64,000 bases of DNA. Source: Vampirovibrionaceae bacterium NZW_1234. Lineage in GTDB: Bacteria; Cyanobacteriota; Vampirovibrionia; Vampirovibrionales; JAGQHJ01. Location of the stretch: the NCBI GenBank assembly GCA_041697335.1, contig JBGUGD010000007.1, positions 1 through 64,000 of the forward strand, written 5' to 3'. The notes beneath the pieces were generated by a model that searched no databases, was not told where the DNA came from, and saw nothing but the letters and a program-made list of their open reading frames with translations. A program made the translations under genes and the position numbers. Below, piece after piece: positions 49,774 to 57,324 of the stretch. The first letter of the stretch is position 1. Every line of letters starts with the position of its first letter.

Positions 49774-51543
49774 CTATTGGGTTTTGGCCATCTGTTGCAT
49801 ACTATTGCGGATAACCGCTAGCGCATCGGGGTCTCCTTTCATTAACGCAGAAGCATAATTTTTCGCTTGATCAAAGGTGATATGCGGTGGTAGAGGTGGC
49901 ATTTCTGCTGTGGTGTAGGCTTCGATTAGGACCGGCCGATCACTGTGTAAGGCTTCAATCCAGCCAGGCTCCACCTCGTCAGAATGCTCTATGCGAATGC
50001 CTTTAAAACCCAACGACTCAGCATAATGAGCATAGGGGAAATCCGGTAAGTTCTGGGAACAGTTGAATTTCGGATCGCCTTCGCTGGCCCGCATTTCCCA
50101 CGTCACAAAGTTAAGCTCCCTGTTATTCAGGACCACGATAATAAACTGGGGTGATTCCCATTGTTCCCAGTAGCGCTGCAGCGTTATCAGCTCATTGAGC
50201 CCGTTCATTTGCATGGCGCCGTCTCCTACCAGAGCGATGACGGGTCGGTTGGGATAGGCAAATTTTGCAGCCAAGGCATAGGGCATGGCAGCCCCCATGG
50301 AGGCCAGCCTTCCCGACAATGTTGCCATCATTCCGCGTTTGAAGCGATGGTACTGGGCGTACCACACGGTCGTGGTACCGGTGTCGATGGCCAACATGGC
50401 ATTCGAGGGGATGCTTCGAAATATCTCGTAATACAGGCGTTGCGGGTTGAGGGGGCGTGTCTCAATCATAGCTCGATCATGCAATACGGTTTGCCAGGTT
50501 TGAATCGATTCGATGAGTTGTTGCTGCCATTGTCGGTCGGTTTTTTCCGCTAATAGGGGCAGTAGTGCTTTCAGGGTTTCTTTACAGTTGCCGGCCAGAT
50601 TCACTTCCATGGGATAGCGCTTGCTGAGGTTTCGGGCACGAATATCTACCTGAACTCCACGGGCTTGCCCTTCTTTGGGCAAAAATTCCGTATAAGGAAA
50701 GTCTGTTCCCAACATCAGAAGCGTATCGCAGCCTGTCATCAATTCCCAAGAGGGCTTTGTACCCAGTAACCCAATGGAGCCGGTTACAAACGGGACATCC
50801 TCGGGAAGGACGGATAAGCCCATTAAAGCTTTGGCCACGCCGGCGCCTAAGCGATCGGCGACAGCAATAATTTCATCCGTTGCGTCCTGGGCACCAGCCC
50901 CAACCAGGATGGCTACCTTTTGGCCCGCATTTAACACATCGGCAGCACGTTGCAAGTCCGAAGCCATGGGGAGGATTCGGGGGACAGCATAAGCAATGCC
51001 ACTGTGAGTATAGCCATGTTTGTGCGGGATGTCCGGTTGGGCATCCAGGTTTTGGACGTCATGAGGCAGGATTATTCCGGCAACGGTTCGTTCGCTGAGT
51101 GCGATCCGGATAGCTTGATCTACAAGCTGGCGAGCTTGTTCGGGCGAGCTCAGCGTTTGAAGATAGGCACCGGCTACATCTTTAAACGCAGCATGTAGAT
51201 CGACTTCCTGCTGATAATCACTGCCCATAGCATGCCGTGGGAGTTGCCCTAGAAGGGCCAGAACCGGTTGATTGTCCAGCTTGGCATCATAGAGGCCGTT
51301 GAGCAAGTGGATGGCGCCAGGGCCTGCCGAGGCACAACATACCCCCAGCCCTCCGGTGTATTTGGCATGGGCTGAGGCCATGAATGCCGCCATTTCCTCA
51401 TGACGTACCTGAATAAACTCAACGTGATCTTGGGCTCGCCGTAAGGCCCCCATAAACGGATTAATTGAATCTCCCGTATACCCAAATATCCGTCTTACTC
51501 CCCATTCTTGAAGCCGTTGTAACAGATAGTCGCTCACAATCAT
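49774..51543 (-). CDS. thiamine pyrophosphate-requiring enzyme (pyruvate oxidase/PoxB-like)
   Basis: RHEEMAAFMA, GPGAIHLLNGLYDA, GDGAMQM...NN (TPP motif); GAGG RBS before ATG 51543. Confidence 0.92.
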   Translation of the reverse strand: MIVSDYLLQRLQEWGVRRIFGYTGDSINPFMGALRRAQDHVEFIQVRHEEMAAFMASAHAKYTGGLGVCCASAGPGAIHLLNGLYDAKLDNQPVLALLGQLPRHAMGSDYQQEVDLHAAFKDVAGAYLQTLSSPEQARQLVDQAIRIALSERTVAGIILPHDVQNLDAQPDIPHKHGYTHSGIAYAVPRILPMASDLQRAADVLNAGQKVAILVGAGAQDATDEIIAVADRLGAGVAKALMGLSVLPEDVPFVTGSIGLLGTKPSWELMTGCDTLLMLGTDFPYTEFLPKEGQARGVQVDIRARNLSKRYPMEVNLAGNCKETLKALLPLLAEKTDRQWQQQLIESIQTWQTVLHDRAMIETRPLNPQRLYYEIFRSIPSNAMLAIDTGTTTVWYAQYHRFKRGMMATLSGRLASMGAAMPYALAAKFAYPNRPVIALVGDGAMQMNGLNELITLQRYWEQWESPQFIIVVLNNRELNFVTWEMRASEGDPKFNCSQNLPDFPYAHYAESLGFKGIRIEHSDEVEPGWIEALHSDRPVLIEAYTTAEMPPLPPHITFDQAKNYASALMKGDPDALAVIRNSMQQMAKTQ

Positions 51544-51752
51544 CGCTGTTTCCTCTGGTGTTTTGGTTTTATGCAGAAGCAGCGTATCACCTGAACCCGA
51601 TTTTGCCATTCACTATCTCGATAAGACTTGATTTGGAACTTGGGTTGACCGTGTTTAATTGCCTGGTTGATTGATTTGCTAGGGACAGAGTCGGACTAAG
51701 ATGCCTCAACACAAATTTATTGGTGTTATCGAAGGAGACTGAGAGGATTCGT

Positions 51753-52751
51753 ATGAACATTTTAAATCGTGTGGGGCGGATGAGTCTCTTAGGATTAGCT
51801 CTGGGGTTTGGTGGCGTGATGATCAAACGGCAAGTTCAGCATCAGCAACTCAAGGCGAATTTCAAGCGTCGACCCGTTCTTGCCACCAATCCAATCAGTC
51901 TGAAAGAACCTGTGACAATTCCAGAGGCGTCGCTTCAGTTTATCGGTACAGCCACACTGATTATTCGTTATGGTGGGTTTACGGTGTTAACGGATCCGAA
52001 CTTCACGCAAAAAGGCGAATTTGTTCATCTGGGTTATGGTATTTTCTCCGAACGGTTAACAGATCCTGCAATATCGTTAGCTGATTTGCCACCAATCGAT
52101 GTGGGCGTGTTGTCGCATTTTCATGAAGACCACTTTGACAAGCGAGTGCAGCGCGAGTTACCGCGTACCTTTCCCATTGTGACCACCCCCTCGGCAGCCA
52201 GAATCCTTAAACGTCAAGGGTTTGACTCAGTTGCCGTAGGCCCTTGGCAGGCTGTCACCTATGACAACGGACAAACCCGACTGAAGATAACGGCCATGCC
52301 GGGCTTGCATGCCTGTGGTCTTTTTTCAGAGCTTTTGCCACCGGTGATGGGTAGTATGCTGGAGTTTTCTCCCATCGACGAGGATGGTCCCACCTACCGC
52401 ATTTATTTGTCCGGTGACACCATGGTCCATGAAGATTTAAATGCCATTCCACAGGTCTTTCCGGAGATCGATGTGGCTGTGCTCCACCTGGGGGGCACCC
52501 GGATAATGGGTAAAACGGTAACCATGGACGCGGAACACGGTTTGGAATTGATGCGACTTTTAAATGCCAAGGTGACGATTCCGGTTCATTACAATGATTA
52601 CACCGTCTTTCAATCTCCCTTAGAGGACTTTCAGCAGTTGGTTCGCGAGAACCATATGGATAAGCGTGTTCAGTATGTCAGTCACGGGGAACAGGTTGCT
52701 TTAGGCAAGGCGTTGATTGAACCGATGGAAAGGGAAGCGTTTCAAATCTGA
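51753..52751 (+). CDS. MBL-fold metallo-hydrolase
   Basis: LTDPNF, SHFHEDHFD, GDT, IPVHY; GAGG RBS before ATG 51753. Confidence 0.9.
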   Translation: MNILNRVGRMSLLGLALGFGGVMIKRQVQHQQLKANFKRRPVLATNPISLKEPVTIPEASLQFIGTATLIIRYGGFTVLTDPNFTQKGEFVHLGYGIFSERLTDPAISLADLPPIDVGVLSHFHEDHFDKRVQRELPRTFPIVTTPSAARILKRQGFDSVAVGPWQAVTYDNGQTRLKITAMPGLHACGLFSELLPPVMGSMLEFSPIDEDGPTYRIYLSGDTMVHEDLNAIPQVFPEIDVAVLHLGGTRIMGKTVTMDAEHGLELMRLLNAKVTIPVHYNDYTVFQSPLEDFQQLVRENHMDKRVQYVSHGEQVALGKALIEPMEREAFQI

Positions 52752-52870
52752 TACATACGTTGATTCTGAGGCCCATAGGATCTGATGCGTCAGGGTGACT
52801 AGGCCAACAAGCATATTTGTGATAGAACCATAGTCATCACTTAAATTGGGGACATGGGAATAGTGGAGTG

Positions 52871-54334
52871 ATGCGGATACAGTTGCGCCCGTATTCGATT
52901 CGAGGCATGTCGGGACAGAAACCCACAGTTTATGGTCCTCCGAACAACCGTAGCTCACTGACGCAATTTCAGGGTGAGTCTACACAGGAGGGGAATGAGC
53001 TTACACTGCTCCGACGCCATTTCTTAGCAGGTCTAATTGGCAGTGCCGTATTTGCTGCCTCCTTTTTTCCGAAACGCTCTACATCCAACGTTTCAGCCCA
53101 AGTTGTGTCACCGGAGCGAGTGCAGCTGTTAAAGCTGATTCAAGATCTGAAAATCCAAGAAAAAGCATTTCATTTTTTCGAGGATGCCCGAGATGAGACA
53201 AGCGGTCTGTATTTGGATCGGCTACCAAATCGACCTCTGAAGCCTGATGTCAAAAAAAACAACACGATTGCCAGTCTGGCAGCCACCGGCTATGGGCTTG
53301 CCCTGGATGTGATGAAAGCAAATCAGGGCTTTTTTAGTGCTCACCCGGGTGGTCCCAAGGCCATGGTGAGGCAGCGTCTTGAACAAGCGTTGGATACGGT
53401 TGAGAAGTTGAGTTTACCTCAAAATGGGCGGTTTTTGCCTCATTTTATCGATGTGCGCACACGGCAGAATCTGGCTGAGATTTCAACCGTAGATACCATG
53501 CTGTTCTATCTGGGGGCTTTGGCTGCTGGCCAGTATTGTGGGGGGAACACACTTCGTCGGGTTGAGCGGATGTTTCACCAGTTGGATTTTGAGATGATGC
53601 GAACACGGGCCAATGATCCGGTTTATCATAACAGCGATAATTTTACCCATGGCATCGCACCAGACAGACGTTTTATCCCTTATCATTGGGGCGGCCCTTA
53701 TTCAGAAGGGGTATTGCTGTTAAACCTGATGGCCTTGGCCTCGCCTCGAGTACCGGAAACGGTCTGGACAAAGGGTTGGGACCGGCGAAAGGCCTGGACT
53801 GTTGATAAACAATCTACTTTTACCAACACGCCTCTATTTACGTATTTTTACGCCCATGGGTTTCTTCCATTGAAAGGGTTCATGGATAGCCAGGGTGTGG
53901 ATTACTGGGAGGAAACTAAACGAGCCATCCAGATGCAAGTAGCCTATTGTCAATCGAAGAACTATGATCATGGCCTGTTTGGCCTATCAGCCTGTGATGC
54001 CCCGCCACCGCTGGGTTATCAGGGATATCACCCGGGTATTGATGATGGGACCATTGCGCCTCCTTCGATTTTAGCAAGTATTCCCTTTGCCGAGAAAGAA
54101 TCCTTGACAGCCTTAAAAAGGCTGAAGGAGTTAGATTTATTGAGTGAGCACTATGGTCCAGTAAATGCTTACAATGTTTTTACAGGGTGGAAAACAGGAG
54201 ATGCTCTAAGCATTGATGTAGGTAGTATGGCCTTGATGCTGGATGCTTATCAAGAAGGGACAATTCAAAAGCTGATGGGGCAAAATAAGATAGTTCAAGC
54301 CGCATTGCAACGAGCGGAATTCTTGCCCAAATAA
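52871..54334 (+). CDS. glycoamylase-like glycoside hydrolase (GH144 / beta-1,2-glucanase-like)
   Basis: SGLYLDR, ASLAATGYGL, PHFID, EISTVDT, YSEG, PLFTY, GLSACDAP..GY, DGTIAP, IDVG; N-terminal RRHFL plus hydrophobic segment. Confidence 0.78.
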   Translation: MRIQLRPYSIRGMSGQKPTVYGPPNNRSSLTQFQGESTQEGNELTLLRRHFLAGLIGSAVFAASFFPKRSTSNVSAQVVSPERVQLLKLIQDLKIQEKAFHFFEDARDETSGLYLDRLPNRPLKPDVKKNNTIASLAATGYGLALDVMKANQGFFSAHPGGPKAMVRQRLEQALDTVEKLSLPQNGRFLPHFIDVRTRQNLAEISTVDTMLFYLGALAAGQYCGGNTLRRVERMFHQLDFEMMRTRANDPVYHNSDNFTHGIAPDRRFIPYHWGGPYSEGVLLLNLMALASPRVPETVWTKGWDRRKAWTVDKQSTFTNTPLFTYFYAHGFLPLKGFMDSQGVDYWEETKRAIQMQVAYCQSKNYDHGLFGLSACDAPPPLGYQGYHPGIDDGTIAPPSILASIPFAEKESLTALKRLKELDLLSEHYGPVNAYNVFTGWKTGDALSIDVGSMALMLDAYQEGTIQKLMGQNKIVQAALQRAEFLPK

Positions 54335-54450
54335 ATTTACATGCTGTTTGGATAGCTGAAGTTACCTCTTAATTGGCTTATAGCCATAACAGTTCGCTTG
54401 TCTTTGATTTAAGTGCCTGAATGTCTTGCCTGGTTTTGGTTATTGACTGA

Positions 54451-54767
54451 AAAGCTAAGGCCCGGTATTCATCTAATTGGGAAACCTATCGTCGTTCGCT
54501 TTTGGTTTCCTTTCAAGAGGTTGAGGATTCCTTAGTGGCATACAAGATGATCTGGACTCCTTACAGGAGACGGAGCGTCAACTGACGTCACCCAAGGATT
54601 GTATCGCGTTACTGTAAAGCCGCTATGAGCAGGGATTGATTTTTTATCCAGGAGTGTTGCCCGAGAAGCGACTCCTCTTAGCTCAAGAGCAACGCTACTA
54701 CGACTATAAGCGAGCGGTTCTCTCACATACGGTGAATCTTTATAAAGCTTTCGGTGGGGACCGGTAG
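54451..54767 (+). pseudogene. degraded 3' fragment of a NodT/OprM/TolC-type outer-membrane efflux factor
   Basis: Frame 1 gives KAKARY...YRRSLLVSFQEVEDSLVAY; after a frameshift near 54546, frame 3 gives ...LL*SRYEQGLIFYPGVL..KRLLLAQEQ...VNLYKAFGGDR* (internal TAA 54615-54617); matches OMF C-terminal motifs AFxEVEDAL, RYxxG and LYKALGGG. Confidence 0.8.
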
Positions 54768-54925
54768 ATTTAACTCCACTATGAGGTTTTGTCCAGAATC
54801 CTATCCAACCGGTCGATAAGCATTCTGTTGAAATTCCTGCAAAATAACTGATAAAGGATTCCGATTCTGAACTCAGACAGGTGTGATTTGACGAATAGCA
54901 GCGGGCGTTGGATGGGAGGTGCGTC

Positions 54926-55132
54926 ATGACTCAGGCACAAAAAGCGGTGATTGTTTTTGTTTTTGTCCCCTTGGTTTCTGTGCTCATTATGCGAGTTTTT
55001 AGCCCGAGCGAACAGTATCCCACCCTCACCAGCCAGTTGAATATTATGCCTTTGCTGTTTTGGTTGGCTGTGGCCTTAATGGCTTTTATTTTATTCTTTG
55101 CTTGGAATCGGGCTAAAAAAACAAAAATATAA
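54926..55132 (+). CDS. small two-TM membrane protein
   Basis: GGAGG RBS before ATG 54926; two hydrophobic helices and a basic tail. Confidence 0.6.
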   Translation: MTQAQKAVIVFVFVPLVSVLIMRVFSPSEQYPTLTSQLNIMPLLFWLAVALMAFILFFAWNRAKKTKI

Positions 55133-55157
55133 ATGGGAGACAGGTCCGCTTTTACCC

Positions 55158-55192
55158 ATTATTGCGCTATTCTCTGACTAGCTTGTTACATT
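55158..55192 (+). promoter_or_regulatory. upstream motif pair ATTATTGCGCTATT + TTGTTACATT
   Basis: Both motifs recur exactly, in reverse-complement orientation, at 57246-57259 and 57191-57200. Confidence 0.5.
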
Positions 55193-55342
55193 ATAGTGCT
55201 GTTACTGGGCGGGATGTTGTGATTTGACTTTCCGTTTGATATGCTGAGCTGAAATTTGACGAAAATTGTTATTCTGCCAATTTAACCCCGAAAGCGACTG
55301 CTGCTGCCTTGCGGGAACATGAGAGACAGGAAAACGGAACAG

Positions 55343-55708
55343 ATGCATGTTAAATTTAACGGGGTTATTTACATCAAAAGTAAGTCTCAGCAAAACGTTC
55401 AAGACCAGATTGAGGTACTGGAAAGACGTCATAAATATGTGATGGCGGTATCCACTCAGGTGGCAAACCATGTTGAAGGACGTGTGCTGACGGGGAAGGA
55501 TGCACGGAATCTGATTCGGCTTTTTGGTATTGAAATTATTCCTTCTGCCACGAAGGCCGAGAATGACAGTCGTATTGGTCAGCAATTAAGCCAGCGTTTT
55601 GGTGATGGTCTTTATGACCATTTGCTGCGTGCTATCTCAGCCTATGCTCTGCTGCATGAAGCAACAGGTCACAAAATTAAAACCATGCGCCTAGATAAAG
55701 AGGCCTGA
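55343..55708 (+). CDS. hypothetical protein
   Basis: ORF starting MHVKFNGVIYI (alternative ATG at 55319). Confidence 0.6.
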   Translation: MHVKFNGVIYIKSKSQQNVQDQIEVLERRHKYVMAVSTQVANHVEGRVLTGKDARNLIRLFGIEIIPSATKAENDSRIGQQLSQRFGDGLYDHLLRAISAYALLHEATGHKIKTMRLDKEA

Positions 55709-55853
55709 GATTTCTGAATACCTGTTGTGATCTACGGGAGGCAAATCTAACTGTCAGCGCTATCAAGGTTGAAGGGTCACAGGAGTTCAAGTGGTAATTT
55801 TGCGTGAGAATTCTGAGAATTCACAGACCAATTCAAGGGAGCAGGGCTTGTGG

Positions 55854-57104
55854 TTATTGAGGGTTGACTTTAGACACTTTGTCGGCTGATTCTTTAAACT
55901 TGGCCGTGCCATGAGCTTCTGCACGAAAATAATTATCCATTACAGCGATTCCCGCATCATGCAATGCCATACCCAACTGTGTTTGAAGGGCGGCTGTTCC
56001 TGCCACCATTGTTGGGATTCCCACTAGAACGGCTTTCCCGGAAAAATCCTTGCGACGAAATCCTTCCAAAAATACAGAAGATAAAGACGTTAACGTACCA
56101 GCTGCAATCAGTTTTGCGCCTATGGCATCAACTAAGGGATAGGCGCCTTCAAGAATTAACATTGGGATCCCTCCTAAATACATTAAGCAGGCGCCTACCT
56201 GGTTCTGGGTTGAGGAGGGTTTTAGGGCATCAGGTACCTCGGTACGTGTTCCTCTGAGGAATTGCCATAACTGAGAGCCATTACTTCCTATCGCTTTGGT
56301 TGTCTGTATGGGTGATATTAAAGGTTTTGAGAGGGTGACAACTGTTTTTCTGACGGTTTGATATTGATCAACAGCGATAAATTTTAAGGTTTCGAGCCCT
56401 CGGTGGAGATACGCCCTAGCGAGTTTGATATGTCGGTGGGATGCGTTTTCAGGGACAAGGGACCGAAGCGCGGAGATACTATAAAGAGGGCTCATATCTA
56501 GCTCTCGAGGTGTTTCTCCCGGATTCCGCTCAAAAAGGTTTCTGTTACGTCCTGCAACACCTGTAAACAGTAAGGCTTTGGCAACTAAAAATGCTGTTCT
56601 TACACCGACGCTACTGTGAAATGCAAGAATTGGTGCTATCGAGACCATCCCTAAGCCTGCCGCTGCCATAGAAGGTTGTTTTTTTACAAGGCCGGCAGAT
56701 AACCGGTTAATGCCTCCTGCCGTGAGTCCCACGGCAGAAAGGCCCCAACCTAGATCGCTCATTAATTTCTTCAGATCGTTCATATACCCTTTGGCTTGTT
56801 CTAATTGCGCCGGACTGATTGTCGTGATTTCGTCTTTAGGAGAGATTGCTGTGCTCTCTATTTTGGGCTGTGTTTTAGATGGTAATAACGCCGAGGTGCC
56901 TAAGAAAATTGCAGCCAAAATATTTGCAATTGGTGCAATCCATAAGGTTGAGCGCTTTAGCTGTGTGCCGGCTGAGTTCTTAGAGGCTATTGGGAGTGGT
57001 GGGCTATGAACTGTGGAATCTGATGAATCGCTTTTGAATCGTAAGTTCTGACTTAAAGTCAGCTGTTGGGAATGGATAGATGTTGATAATGGTTTAAGAA
57101 ACAT
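55854..57104 (-). CDS. hypothetical multi-pass membrane protein
   Basis: Ser-rich leader MFLKPLS...NLRFKS followed by several Gly/Ala-rich hydrophobic helices; start chosen at ATG 57104 (track starts at 57179). Confidence 0.65.
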   Translation of the reverse strand: MFLKPLSTSIHSQQLTLSQNLRFKSDSSDSTVHSPPLPIASKNSAGTQLKRSTLWIAPIANILAAIFLGTSALLPSKTQPKIESTAISPKDEITTISPAQLEQAKGYMNDLKKLMSDLGWGLSAVGLTAGGINRLSAGLVKKQPSMAAAGLGMVSIAPILAFHSSVGVRTAFLVAKALLFTGVAGRNRNLFERNPGETPRELDMSPLYSISALRSLVPENASHRHIKLARAYLHRGLETLKFIAVDQYQTVRKTVVTLSKPLISPIQTTKAIGSNGSQLWQFLRGTRTEVPDALKPSSTQNQVGACLMYLGGIPMLILEGAYPLVDAIGAKLIAAGTLTSLSSVFLEGFRRKDFSGKAVLVGIPTMVAGTAALQTQLGMALHDAGIAVMDNYFRAEAHGTAKFKESADKVSKVNPQ

Positions 57105-57190
57105 TTCTGAGTCTGTCCGAAGTTTTGCTCTGCTCAACTTGATAACGAATATCAAGAAGAAAATTGTCCAATTGGGCATCTATATTAAGA

Positions 57191-57259
57191 AATGTAACAA
57201 TGTGCTGTCAGGTAGACTCGCTCTTTTTTTTCAAAAGTTTTAAAAAATAGCGCAATAAT
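57191..57259 (-). promoter_or_regulatory. second copy of the motif pair ATTATTGCGCTATT + TTGTTACATT, upstream of the 57104 gene
   Basis: aatgtaacaa (57191-57200) and aatagcgcaataat (57246-57259) are exact reverse complements of the motifs at 55183-55192 and 55158-55171. Confidence 0.5.
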
Positions 57260-57324
57260 TTTCTTGTTCTGGTTTTGTTTAACAAGCCAATCCACTGACT
57301 CAACCCGATGGACATCTCTTAACA

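Noticed and set aside
54532..54927. 131-aa minus-strand ORF in the track
   Set aside because: Antisense shadow of the plus-strand NodT-type pseudogene; no protein-like features
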